Assembly (NCBI GenBank): GCA_016197205.1
Contig: JACPWG010000100.1
Location: 8,250 to 72,249, forward strand
DNA length: 64,000 nt
Reading direction: 5' to 3'
Source of the DNA: Planctomycetota bacterium
Lineage (GTDB): Bacteria; Planctomycetota; MHYJ01; WSZJ01; JACPWG01
The notes under the pieces were generated by a model that made no database searches, had not been told where the DNA came from, and saw nothing but the letters and a program-made list of their open reading frames with translations. Position 1 is the first letter of the stretch; each line of letters starts with the position of its first letter. Both the position numbers and the translations under genes were made by a program. Positions 10,370 to 19,688 of this stretch are shown piece by piece.

Positions 10370-10587
10370 TAGTGGCCCGTCTACGCCTATTCTGCTAATT
10401 CGCCGGGCGCTCGGTGGGGGTCGGCTGGCTCCCGTCAGGTAGAGCATTCAGGGAACCCGTTCGATGCGCTTGTCATCCCTTCGGCCCGGCTCAGGGCAGG
10501 CTCTGAGCGAAGCGAAGCGCCGCAGCGCGGAGCGAAGTGAAGGATCCAAACCAAGCGTAGCGACCGCTTTTCTCGACAGGGCACTGG
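10370..10587. mobile_element. MITE-like element with degenerate TAGTGGCCCGTC TIRs carrying a TGTCATCC..GAGCGAAGCGAAG..GAAGGATC REP-like core
   Basis: Left TAGTGGCCCGTCTA and right TCGACAGGGCACTGG are imperfect inverted repeats. Confidence 0.55.
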
Positions 10588-10771
10588 CTGCAACTTGAAA
10601 TGTCGCGCGCACAAACTATCCCTGGCCCTGGCTGCGCCGCGCTGCTGTCGCAGGCAGCAGGCGCGGCAGGCAGGCTTGGCGACCTTGTCAAATTCGTCAG
10701 GGCGTTCGAACGCAGCAGGAAGCGTGATAGAAATCACAAAGGGATGAACAGGGTCCCTTTACGGCTATGTG

Positions 10772-10800
10772 TTGCAATCATTCCCGGCTCCTGCTATCCT
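10772..10800 (+). promoter_or_regulatory. Sigma70-type promoter of abiE operon
   Basis: TTGCAA-N17-TATCCT, 10 nt before ATG 10811. Confidence 0.55.
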
Positions 10801-10810
10801 GACTGCTGTC

Positions 10811-11647
10811 ATGAATGCAAAAAGAGCTGGCAGTCGTCCCCTTGTGCGTACGGACGGGTACGCAACTCTCTCGGCACTGGTCGACGCCTACCAAGCGTCG
10901 GGGCGCTACGTGCTGCTGCGCCGGGAGGCGCTCACCTCCCTGGGGGCTTCGGCCGAGGCCGTGAAGAAAGCGGTCCAGCGACTTGAATCCAAGCGCCGGC
11001 TCGCCGTGCCACGACGCGGATTCTTCGCGATCGTGCCCGTCGAGTATCGCGACGCGGGAGCCCCGCCGGCCAGTTGGTACATCGACCCGCTGATGAAGTT
11101 CCACGGCCGGCCGTACTACGTCGGCCTCTTGAGTGCAGCCGCCATCCATGGGGCCGCCCACGAGCAGCCCCAGGAATTCCAGGTTGTGACCCTGGGACAA
11201 CTTCGCCCTGCCGTTTCCGGGCGCGCGCGCATCCGATTCTTCACCAAGCGCGGCGTCGAGCGCACGCCGACCATGGAAATGCGGACGGAGACGGGGGCCA
11301 TGCGCGTGTCAACGCCCGAGGCTACCGCCCTCGACCTGCTCCGCTACCCCCTCGGCGCGGGTCATCTCGGGAACATCGCCACGGTGTTGAGTGAACTGGC
11401 CGAGAAGATGGACCCCGAGCGTCTCGCCGACGTGGCCCGATCGGAAGGGGAGCTTTCGGCGGCGCAACGGCTGGGCTACCTGCTGGAGCAGGTAGGCGCC
11501 CCTCAGGTGGCGGGCTCGCTGGAGTCCTTCGTGTCGAAGCAGCACCCACGATACGTGCGTCTTCGCCCGGATCGGTCCGCGAAAGGGGCGCCGAAGAACG
11601 CGCGCTGGCATGTTCTGGTGAATGAAGAAGTGGAGACGGAGGCATGA
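10811..11647 (+). CDS. abiEi: Type IV TA antitoxin, AbiEi family
   Basis: N-terminal wHTH, YYVGLLSAAAIHGAAH, VSTPEATALDL, QRLGYLLE, ARWHVLVN; stop overlaps next ATG (ATGA). Confidence 0.88.
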   Translation: MNAKRAGSRPLVRTDGYATLSALVDAYQASGRYVLLRREALTSLGASAEAVKKAVQRLESKRRLAVPRRGFFAIVPVEYRDAGAPPASWYIDPLMKFHGRPYYVGLLSAAAIHGAAHEQPQEFQVVTLGQLRPAVSGRARIRFFTKRGVERTPTMEMRTETGAMRVSTPEATALDLLRYPLGAGHLGNIATVLSELAEKMDPERLADVARSEGELSAAQRLGYLLEQVGAPQVAGSLESFVSKQHPRYVRLRPDRSAKGAPKNARWHVLVNEEVETEA

Positions 11648-12473
11648 TCCCGCGCGCGCACATCACGGCATGGCGCGCGAAGGCGCCGTGGTCCACCGAT
11701 GCGCAGGTCGAACAGGACCTTGTCGTGTGCCGAGCCGTCGTGGATCTCTTCTCGAGCGACCGGCTGGCCAGGAAGTCGCTTTCCGGGGAGGAACGGCCCT
11801 TCACAAACTGTACCTGGCTCCACCGGCGCGGTACTCGGAGGACATCGACCTGGTCCAGGTCTCGGCGAGCCCGATCGGCGGCATCATGGACGCCGTGCGC
11901 GAACGACTCGACCCATGGCTCGGCAAGCCCCAGTGGAAACAGGGTCAGGGCCGCGTGACCATCGTCTACCGATTCCAGACGGAAACCTTGCCGGTCACGC
12001 CCCTGCGGCTGAAGGTCGAGATCAACACCCGGGAGCACTTCTCCGTACTGGGCTCGCCACGGCGCAGGTTCGAGGTCGCCAATCCGTGGTTCACAGGCGC
12101 CGCCGAGGTCCTCGGCTACGTGCCGGAGGAACTGCTCGGCACGAAGCTGCGGGCTCTCTACCAGCGCAAGAAGGGGCGCGACCTGTTCGACCTGTCCGAG
12201 GCCCTCGTTCGACTTCCGGCTTTGGCTCCGGATAAGATCGTGGACTGCTTCACGTGCTACTTGGAGAAGGACGGGCTCCGCGTCACGCGAACGGAGTTCG
12301 AGCAGAATCTCGCCGAGAAGATCGAGGACAAGGCCGTTCTCGCCGACGTGCCGCCGCTTCTCGCCATCGGCACTTCGTTCGATCCCCGTGCCGCCTACGA
12401 CCGCGTGCGCGAGACCCTGCTTTCGCGCCTCCCGGAGGGCTCCTCGCGAAAGAAGAATCGTCGAAACCCATGA
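11644..12473 (+). pseudogene. abiEii: AbiEii/AbiGii nucleotidyltransferase toxin, frameshifted near 11768-11773
   Basis: N-terminus MIPRAHITAWRAKAPW..QVEQDL in one frame; AFRGGTALHKL..RYSEDIDL..KLRALYQRKKGRDLFD in another. Confidence 0.85.
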
Positions 12474-12699
12474 AGGGCGGGCACCCAGAACGTCCTCCGG
12501 ATCGCGGCCGGTCCGTCGTCTGGTCTCTCTGCCGGAGACCTACCCTCCTTCGCGCTCCGCGCTTCGGCCGTCCGGCCGGAGGCGAGTTAGGATCGTCGGA
12601 GCCTGGGGCCCACGCCTTCGGCGGCTATTGGATGACGGCCCGTGATCGGCAGAGAGAGGGAGAGTTCGGAAGTGATGTGGCCGGGGTCCCGGGGCCGAC

Positions 12700-12734
12700 C
12701 GGCCTTCGCCCTGCGGGCTACGGCGGACAAGCCG
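12700..12734. repeat. REP-like hairpin CCTTCGCCCTGCGGGCTACGGCGGACAAG
   Basis: Imperfect palindrome of a common intergenic REP type; single copy in window. Confidence 0.45.
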
Positions 12735-12904
12735 TGGGGGTTGGCTTCGGTCCCCAAAGCTCTCGGCTCCGAACGGAGGGTGCTCCCCGATACGGGACCG
12801 CGCGGAAGGGCATGGTGGGTTGGCCAGATACACGACGACCCCGGCGGATGGGCGACCGGGGTCGGCGTCAAACGCGGGCCGCAGTTTTTCGGCGGTTGGA
12901 AGGT

Positions 12905-12979
12905 TGGCTCCCCGGGCAGGACTCGAACCTGCAACACCGCGGTTAACAGCCGCGTACTCTACCATTGAGCTACCGGGGA
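12905..12979 (-). tRNA. tRNA-Asn (GTT)
   Basis: TCCCCGGTAGCTCAATGGTAGAG..GCGGCT-GTT-AACCGC..GGTTCGAGTCC..GGGGAGCCA; full cloverleaf with encoded CCA. Confidence 0.98.
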
Positions 12980-12992
12980 GTGAAGAGCGGCC

Positions 12993-13020
12993 ATTTTATC
13001 GACGGAGGGGCCGAAGTCAA
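12993..13020 (-). promoter_or_regulatory. Sigma70 promoter of tRNA-Asn
   Basis: TTGACT-N16-TAAAAT on minus strand. Confidence 0.75.
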
Positions 13021-13384
13021 GCGGTTTCCAGTTCGAGGGCCTGCGCCGGCTCGCGGACCGCCGGCGTTTCATGCGGGAAACGCTTGGGTCGGGCCAGGGG
13101 CGAGCGTGGCGAGGTAGGGCCGGGGAAGACGAAGCGAGCACAGCATCCGCGGGCCCGGGGGGGGAATACAGATGCAGGTCCCGGTGTTCGGAATGCTGTA
13201 CGCGGCCCTGCGCTCGCCGGCAGATGTCCCTCGAAACCGATTCCTGCCACCTGTCCCCGCATGGCACAGGCTGACCTCCGGCTGGGACACTTGCCGGGGA
13301 GGGGATGTGGCAGCGGACGGCTCCACAGCGCGCAAGATTATCGGGAGAAAGGGGATGCGTGGCAGGCGAAAAGCACGCTGCATG

Positions 13385-13400
13385 TGGCCGCAGATTTGCG
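13385..13400 (+). promoter_or_regulatory. Sigma54-type -24/-12 promoter
   Basis: TGGCCGCAGATTTGCG (GG-N10-GC) about 65 nt upstream of AAGGAG-ATG 13465. Confidence 0.6.
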
Positions 13401-13464
13401 TTTCGACCCGGAGACCTACGAAATGTGAGTCCCCGACACGGCAACCCCTCGTAAGGAGCTCGTC

Positions 13465-13824
13465 ATGACGAAGATGCTTGCTTCCGGACTTGTCGGACTG
13501 GTGATGGCGCTCGCCATGCCCGCCGCGAGCGCCGACCACTACTCGAACACGTACTACCCGCCTTGTGGGTCCACGACCGTCACCTACGCGCCGGCCTACT
13601 ACACGCCGACGTACTACGCACCCACCTACTACACGCCGACCTACTACGCCCCGACCTACTACAGCCCTTGCACGACCACGACCTACTACACGCCCACCTA
13701 CTACCAGACCACGACCTACTGCCCGCCGACCTACTACGCGCCCACCTACTACCGCAGCGGGTCCTCCTTCTCCTATCGCTACTCCAGCGGGTGCTCGTCG
13801 TTCGGCTTCTCCTACCGCCGCTAG
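13465..13824 (+). CDS. Secreted small Tyr/Thr/Pro-rich repeat protein ((A/T)PTYY pentads)
   Basis: AAGGAG RBS, Sec signal ending ASA, tandem 15-nt repeats, GC3-rich codons, terminator downstream. Confidence 0.88.
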   Translation: MTKMLASGLVGLVMALAMPAASADHYSNTYYPPCGSTTVTYAPAYYTPTYYAPTYYTPTYYAPTYYSPCTTTTYYTPTYYQTTTYCPPTYYAPTYYRSGSSFSYRYSSGCSSFGFSYRR

Positions 13825-13874
13825 CCGAGCACGAGCCGCAGCCTCTCGGCCCCTCGCCATACCCCCGGTGCTCC

Positions 13875-13912
13875 AGCGGGAGCGGCACTCGCCGCTCCCG
13901 CTTCTTTTTTTT
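13875..13912 (+). terminator. Rho-independent terminator
   Basis: 12-bp stem AGCGGGAGCGGC/GCCGCTCCCGCT, 4-nt loop, then T-tract. Confidence 0.9.
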
Positions 13913-14073
13913 ACGCCCCAACGCGCGAGCCGTTACGAATCCGGACGGCGGGCCGTTACGACGCGTAGCGGCGGCGGAATCGAAACCAGACCGGGCCGAC
14001 GGGCTGCTTCCGAAATTCATCGCAACATACCTGCCAACAGCATGTTGCAATCTCATTAGAATTCGACGCCATT

Positions 14074-14090
14074 GGGCACCACGCTTGCAT
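14074..14090 (+). promoter_or_regulatory. Sigma54-type -24/-12 promoter
   Basis: GGGCACCACGCTTGCAT, close match to TGGCAC-N5-TTGC; upstream dyad GCAACAT..ATGTTGC at 14022-14048. Confidence 0.6.
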
Positions 14091-14281
14091 TCTGGGTAGG
14101 GCGTCCTCAACAAGATGAGTCGCAACCAGGTTCAGAAAAAGGAGACAGGCCCCCCCGAGGGCGACAACCGAGCCCCGATCTTCTTCCCCGGGGACCGTCA
14201 CCAGGTGTGTGGCCTGGTGACCCCCGGGGAAGTTACTTACGGACCGCGCGACCGGCCGCACACCGCGCCGCCGCTGGGCGG

Positions 14282-14328
14282 AAATCCCAAATCCCAAATC
14301 CCAAATCCCAAATCCCAAATCCCAAATC
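14282..14328. repeat. Heptamer tandem array (AAATCCC)x6-7
   Basis: Direct reading. Confidence 0.95.
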
Positions 14329-14359
14329 AGGCGTGCGCCCGAAACCCAAAATGGAGGAA

Positions 14360-14435
14360 ATAGCCACCGAACACGCCGAAGACGCCGAAATGCACGACAG
14401 GCCGTTCGGTGTCTTCGGCGAGTTCGGTGGCTCGT
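14360..14435. repeat. Nonamer inverted-repeat module (CACCGAACACGCCGAAGACGCCGAA..TTCGGTGTCTTCGGCG), related to 30770-30835 and 36520-36585
   Basis: Shared TTCGGTGT..TTCGGTGGCTCGT. Confidence 0.75.
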
Positions 14436-14632
14436 TCCCCCGTGGGCGGAGCGCACGGCTGCCGAAATCGGGACAGGCTTTCAAGAAGCCGAACGATAGG
14501 GACCCAAATCGCACGGCGCCGAAGTAGATACGGGTAGGAAGGCTCAAGGCTCAACGCCTGGGGCTTCGACGCCCGGGGCAGACTCCGGATCGTCGGCAGG
14601 ATCGAAGCCGGGGAGGCACAAGAACCTGCCGA

Positions 14633-14748
14633 GACCGCTCCCTCACGGTCGCGGTTCGGTGTAGGGCGGCCACACGTCGGGCGACCTTGGCGGGGCGGTG
14701 GTCGTAGGCTTGCCAAATCTCAATTCTCAATTCTCAATTCTCAAATCC
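14633..14748. repeat. REP GACCGCTCCCTCACGGTCGCGGTTCGG plus heptamer array (TCTCAAT)x4
   Basis: REP also at about 46332 and 46501; heptamers abut the stop of the 14753 gene. Confidence 0.85.
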
Positions 14749-14752
14749 CCCA

Positions 14753-17131
14753 TCACTTTCCGCCGCCGACCGGCAGCACCACGCGGTTCGCGTAGAGGAC
14801 GTCTCGCTCTCCGCGCTGACGAGAAGTCTCCAGCAAGTGCCCGACGCTCCGCGCCGGCTTCCCCTGCCACCGGATCGCGCCGTCCAGCCGGACGACGATC
14901 GGCTGGTCCAGGTCGAGCAGCCGATCCGCGAGTTGCACGGTCACTTCACGGACGTTCGACGAAACCGAAAGCAGGACCTCGTTCCCGCGGATCTCGCCGG
15001 TCACTCGTCCCGGAGTGTTCAACAGCGTCCGCTGTTCGATCGCGTCGCCGTCCGGCCCTTGCACGCTCAACACCGTCTGCCGCAGGCTCGTGAGGCCCGC
15101 CAGCTCCACCCAGCACGACCGCGAGTACTGCTCCTCACGCGTCACGAACGTCACCTTGCGCGGGTATGGGTTCCGGCGGCGCGCCTGCATCCACTCCACG
15201 ACACGCTCGTTTTCGTCCGCGAAGTGCTCGTGCCCGCGGCCCGCGAACTCCCGGTACGTCACGTCGTACCCCTCGTCGCGCAGCCGCGCGCAGCCTTTGC
15301 GAGGGGCCTCCGGACTCACCATCGTGTCCTGGTCGCCGTTCATCGACAGCACCGCGACGCCGAAGAGGTTGTCGATCAAGTCCATGACCCGGAGCGGCGA
15401 GCCCGACCGCGGCACGATCCCCGCCCAGCGATCGGGAAAGGCCACTCCCAGGATCCAGCACATGTGCGCCCCCATCGACATCCCTTCGAGGAAGACGCGA
15501 TCCGGATCCACATGAAACGTCCGGCGCACGTCCGCGGCGACGGCGAGGACCAGCGACTCGCTCGCGCGCGAATGGCCGAAGCCGATCCGCCGCTCGGCGG
15601 TCGGGCACGCGACCAGGAAGTCCAGCGTGCTCAGGCGCCGGCCCCAGGAGTAGACCTGCACGTCGCCCGTGGCGTGCGTCGGATGCAGCGAGATCAGCAG
15701 CGGCCAGGACTTCGCCGGGTCGTAGCCGACGGGAATCGAAAGCAGGTACTCGGTGCGGCCGCCGCCCAGGGGACAGGTCACCGGGACGCGCCGCAGACCG
15801 GTCCGTCCGTCGAAGGGCGCCGGCCGCGTGCCCGGTCCCAGGCGCACGACCGTCTCCACGGCGGCGAAAGGCGCGTGCATCGACTCGATTTCCTGCAAGG
15901 CCGTCGCGGCCGCCGGAGCGGCGGGATCGGTCGCCGACAGGTAGGTCTCGACGGCCTTCTCCAACCGCGCAAGTCCGTCCGCGCCGCCCACGGCCTGGAG
16001 CGGAAAGTCACGGCCGTAGCGGGCGAGGGCCTCGAGGCGTGAGCGCCGCGCTTCATCCTCCGCGGCAACCCCCGCTCCGCCGCCGCCCGCATGCGCGGAG
16101 CGGGCGAGCAGGTCGAGCGCCAGGGCGGCATTCCCCGACTCCTCGGCGGCCCAGCTCGCCTCCCGCGCGAAAGCCGCGTCCCCCTGCAACGACGGCGACG
16201 CGGTCCAAACGCCCAGCGCCCGCGCGGCCAGCCCCAGCTTTCGCAAGCACCGCATGCGCTCGAGCGCGCCGGCCAGGTCCCGCCCCGCGGCGCCGCCGCC
16301 CGCCTCAGGTGTTTCCCCTAGACGCTGGTACGCCCGGATCCGCTCCGGCGCACCCGCGTCCCCGACCGCCCGCGCCATGCGGATCGCCTCTTCCCAGGTC
16401 CCTTGCTCGGCGAAAGCGCGCTCCAGGCCGCGACGCGCCGGCTCCGCGCGGCCCGGGAAGCCGTCGAGCCCGCGGCCGTCGCTCCCCAGCGCGGCCGTCC
16501 ACTCCCGCTCCGCCTCCGCCGCCCGCCCTTCCGCGAGATAAAGCTCCGCCAGCGCGGAGCGCGCGGCGGGGACGCAGGTCGCCTCGGGCGCATCCCGCCG
16601 CAGCGCCGACAGCTTCCCACGGGCCGCGTCAAGCCGGCCCGCGCGCCGCTCGGCCTCCGCTTCCGTCAAGAGCCGCTCCGCCCGCGGATCCAGGAGACGG
16701 CGCAGCGCGGCGAGCGCGACCGCGTGCCCCGGCTTCGAGGCGAGGGCCTCGCGCAGCAGCTCGACGCCGAGGTCCGGAAGGCCCGCCTCGACCGCGCGCG
16801 CGGCGAGCTTGACACGGCCGTCCGCGTCGTCCCTCGCGAGGAGGGCGCGCGCGGCGGCGAGTTCCTCGTCCGGCGTGGCCTTGCGCTCGATGTGGTCGAC
16901 CTGAGACGCCGGGATGGTGGAGATGCCGGTCCGCACCTGAATGCGCACGACGCCGTCCTTCTCTTCGAGGACCTTCCCCTCGATCCGGCCGCCGCTCGTA
17001 AGGTACACGATGTCGGCGCGGACCGCGCGCGCGAGCGGGCCGAGGCCGATTCCGAGCGCCAGGGCGAGGCAGGCGGCGGCCCTTCGCGACCTTCGGCCGA
17101 ACCGTCGGCCAGGCGAAACCGATTGATCCAT
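14753..17131 (-). CDS. Exported TPR-containing alpha/beta hydrolase (esterase/peptidase-like)
   Basis: Signal peptide ending VRA-D; DIVYLTSGGRIEG domain; TPR-like helices; GMSMG nucleophile, GDQD, GRGHE triad. Confidence 0.85.
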   Translation of the reverse strand: MDQSVSPGRRFGRRSRRAAACLALALGIGLGPLARAVRADIVYLTSGGRIEGKVLEEKDGVVRIQVRTGISTIPASQVDHIERKATPDEELAAARALLARDDADGRVKLAARAVEAGLPDLGVELLREALASKPGHAVALAALRRLLDPRAERLLTEAEAERRAGRLDAARGKLSALRRDAPEATCVPAARSALAELYLAEGRAAEAEREWTAALGSDGRGLDGFPGRAEPARRGLERAFAEQGTWEEAIRMARAVGDAGAPERIRAYQRLGETPEAGGGAAGRDLAGALERMRCLRKLGLAARALGVWTASPSLQGDAAFAREASWAAEESGNAALALDLLARSAHAGGGGAGVAAEDEARRSRLEALARYGRDFPLQAVGGADGLARLEKAVETYLSATDPAAPAAATALQEIESMHAPFAAVETVVRLGPGTRPAPFDGRTGLRRVPVTCPLGGGRTEYLLSIPVGYDPAKSWPLLISLHPTHATGDVQVYSWGRRLSTLDFLVACPTAERRIGFGHSRASESLVLAVAADVRRTFHVDPDRVFLEGMSMGAHMCWILGVAFPDRWAGIVPRSGSPLRVMDLIDNLFGVAVLSMNGDQDTMVSPEAPRKGCARLRDEGYDVTYREFAGRGHEHFADENERVVEWMQARRRNPYPRKVTFVTREEQYSRSCWVELAGLTSLRQTVLSVQGPDGDAIEQRTLLNTPGRVTGEIRGNEVLLSVSSNVREVTVQLADRLLDLDQPIVVRLDGAIRWQGKPARSVGHLLETSRQRGERDVLYANRVVLPVGGGK

Positions 17132-17323
17132 GCACGCTCCGCGGCTATACTGCCGCATCCTGGCGCTGGGCGCGGTCGTACCCCTTACCCCTGCCCCATC
17201 CCGCTCCCCTCCTTCGCTCGCTGCGGCGAGCTTCGGGGCGCAGGCTGAGGAAGAGGGGGAAGGTCGGCCGACAGCGCTTGCGCTTGGCGAGCCAGGGTCG
17301 CCGAGCCTACCCTTGAGTTCAAC

Positions 17324-18475
17324 ATGTCCGCAACGCACACGAAGCCCCGCGTCGTCGTCGCCATGAGCGGCGGCGTCGATTCGTCCGTCGCCGCGCTTCT
17401 TCTCCATGAGGCCGGCTACGACGTCGTTGGGCTCTTCATGCGCAACGGCATCCACGTCGAGAATCCCCTCACGAAGACCAAGGGCTGCTGTTCGCTCCGG
17501 GACGCGGACGACGCGCGGCGGGTCGCCGATCGGCTTGGCGTTCCCTTCTACGCCGTCGACTTCTCGCGGGACTTCCAGAAGCTCATCGGCGAGTTCGTCG
17601 AGGAGTACAACGCGGGACGCACGCCGAACCCGTGCGTCCGTTGCAACCAGGACCTGAAGTTCGGGAAGCTCCTGGCCTACGCGGAGTCGCTCGGCGCGGA
17701 GGCCGTGGCGACCGGCCACTACGCCCAGGTCGCGGACCGGGACGGCCGGCGCGTGCTGCGGCGCGGTCTCGACGTCACGAAGGACCAATCGTACGTGCTC
17801 TTCCCGCTCGTGCAGGCGCAGCTCCGCAGGACGCTCCTCCCCATCGGCGGCATGACGAAGGCGGAGGTGCGCGAGCGCGCACGCGCCGCCGGGCTCTGCA
17901 CCGCGGAGAAGCGCGAGAGCATGGAGATCTGCTTCGTCCCGGACGACGACTACGGCCGACTCATCGCGGAGCGCACGCCGGACCGCGTCCGCGAGGGGGA
18001 GCTCCGGGACGTCCACGGGCGCGCCCTCGGCCGCCACCCTGGCTACCAGCACTTCACGATCGGCCAGCGACACGGCCTGCGCATCGCCCTCGGCCGGCCG
18101 GCGTACGTGGTCCAGCTCCTGCCGGAGGAGAACGTCGTCGTCGTGGGCTTCGGCGAGGACCTGCTCTCGGCCGGGCTGGTGGCGACGCGCTCGAACTGGG
18201 TCTCGCGAGGCGCGCCCGAGCTCGGCGCCACGGTGCGGGTGGCCGCGAAGATCCGGTCCCACCACGACCCGACCCCCGCGACGGCGACGGTGCTGCCGGG
18301 GGGAGGCGTGCGCGTCGAGTTCGACGAGCCGCAGCGCGCGGTCACGCCGGGGCAGGCGGTGGTCCTCTACGACGGAGACGAGGTCGTTGCGGGCGGCTGG
18401 ATCGATGCGGCCCTGCCCATGACGGGGGCGGCGGCCTCGCGGGCGGCGGAGCTTCGGGCTACGAATCGCTGCTGA
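17324..18475 (+). CDS. mnmA: tRNA 2-thiouridine(34) synthase
   Basis: AMSGGVDSS, GCCS, TPNPCVRCN, ATGHYA, KDQSY, TPGQ. Confidence 0.97.
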   Translation: MSATHTKPRVVVAMSGGVDSSVAALLLHEAGYDVVGLFMRNGIHVENPLTKTKGCCSLRDADDARRVADRLGVPFYAVDFSRDFQKLIGEFVEEYNAGRTPNPCVRCNQDLKFGKLLAYAESLGAEAVATGHYAQVADRDGRRVLRRGLDVTKDQSYVLFPLVQAQLRRTLLPIGGMTKAEVRERARAAGLCTAEKRESMEICFVPDDDYGRLIAERTPDRVREGELRDVHGRALGRHPGYQHFTIGQRHGLRIALGRPAYVVQLLPEENVVVVGFGEDLLSAGLVATRSNWVSRGAPELGATVRVAAKIRSHHDPTPATATVLPGGGVRVEFDEPQRAVTPGQAVVLYDGDEVVAGGWIDAALPMTGAAASRAAELRATNRC

Positions 18476-18507
18476 ACCACGCGCCGCACAATCGCTGCCC
18501 TCCACAC

Positions 18508-18600
18508 ACCCAACCCTTTCCAGGTGGGTGAACGGGTCGCCCCTTGCGGCAGGGAACATCGCAGGTCAGACCGCTGGAAGGGTGCGACTCCCGAGTGCCG
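18508..18600. repeat. Diverged end fragment of the 24701-25048 element (reverse orientation)
   Basis: CCCAACCCTTTCCAGGTGGGTGAACG resembles CCCAGCCCTTTCAAGGTGGGCGAACG. Confidence 0.6.
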
Positions 18601-18699
18601 GCCTTCGCCGGCTCAAGTGAAAAGGCTACTCGCGGCAGGCGACGGGACGGAGCCACCCCATCGAAGACGCTGACCACGCCTCCGCAGCCCCGCTCCGCG

Positions 18700-19500
18700 T
18701 CACCCCGCCAGGAATTTCTCCAGGTACTCCAGGAAGTTCCCCGCCCGGACCGCTGTCGTGTAGTCGAGGATGGCGAGGCCGTCCATGCGGTAGTTGGGAT
18801 AGCAGGAGGTCGGGGCGGCGCCACGCGGGGCGTGCACGACGAAGTCCACGTCGCGAGCCAGGACGTCGACGCGCCCCTCGGGCAGCTCGGAGGTCGGCAC
18901 GATCTCCTCGGCGCTCAAGATCGTCAGCTCGGCGAGGGCCGCGATTTCGCGGTCGATGCCGTGGTTGCCGAGGAGCACGGCGTTTCCCTCGGCGTCGGCC
19001 TTCTGCGCGTGGACGAAAGCGACCTGCGGGTGGAGCGGGGGGACGGCGAGGAACGATTCGCCGGTGTAGGGGCACTGGACGGTGCGGAGGTCGGGCCGGA
19101 CGCGCGGCACGTCGCTGCCGAGGATGCCGCGGACGGGCAGGAACGGGACGCAGGAGAGGGTGGCGCGGAGGCCGGCGGCGATCGTCGCTTCGGTCTCTTC
19201 GATGAGTTCGATGGAGCCGGCGACGGCGCCGGAGGTGAGGGCGGTGAAGACGGGCGCGAGGCCGAAGCCCTCCAGGCCGAAGTAGCAGGTGCGGACGCGC
19301 GAGACCGCGCCCGCGCCGAGGAGGAGGTCGCTCTCGAGGCCGCAGGTGAGGGCGAGAAGGGTGTGTTCGGAGGTCTTGCGGCGGAGGAGGGCGCGGACGA
19401 GCGCGAGGGGGCGGCGATAGAGGGTCATGCCCCCGAGGGCCAGCATAGAGCCGCGGGGGACTTCGGCGACGGCTCGAGCCGCATCGACCAGGATGCCCAT
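18700..19500 (-). CDS. Family I CoA-transferase alpha subunit (GctA/CatI-like)
   Basis: LALGG...RRP.ALVRALLR, GLRA...PFLP, VQCPYTGE, HAQKAD..GN, PRGAAPTSCYP.Y. Confidence 0.88.
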   Translation of the reverse strand: MGILVDAARAVAEVPRGSMLALGGMTLYRRPLALVRALLRRKTSEHTLLALTCGLESDLLLGAGAVSRVRTCYFGLEGFGLAPVFTALTSGAVAGSIELIEETEATIAAGLRATLSCVPFLPVRGILGSDVPRVRPDLRTVQCPYTGESFLAVPPLHPQVAFVHAQKADAEGNAVLLGNHGIDREIAALAELTILSAEEIVPTSELPEGRVDVLARDVDFVVHAPRGAAPTSCYPNYRMDGLAILDYTTAVRAGNFLEYLEKFLAG

Positions 19501-19688
19501 GGTCCCACTCCAGAGAACGGATGGGCTCAAGGGTGGCGACGCTTTCCCGACGCGGGGCACGGCACCGCCGTGCCCCTACAGCCAACGCGGGGCTGGGCGC
19601 CGGGAAGCGAGCAGGGGCCAGGGGGCTGACGTGCGGGTACGGCAGCGCCGCGCCCCTGCCACGAGGAGAGCGGTGACGAGAGCGGCTT

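Noticed and set aside
13570-13755. 15-nt tandem repeats as CRISPR/VNTR array
   Set aside because: In-frame coding repeats with synonymous variation; no spacers, no cas genes
14115-14363. 82-aa ORF after the sigma54 motif
   Set aside because: No RBS; reads through a hairpin and heptamer repeats
17132-18559. N-terminal 475 aa of the 1268-aa ORF
   Set aside because: Antisense to mnmA; real start is at the signal peptide (17131)
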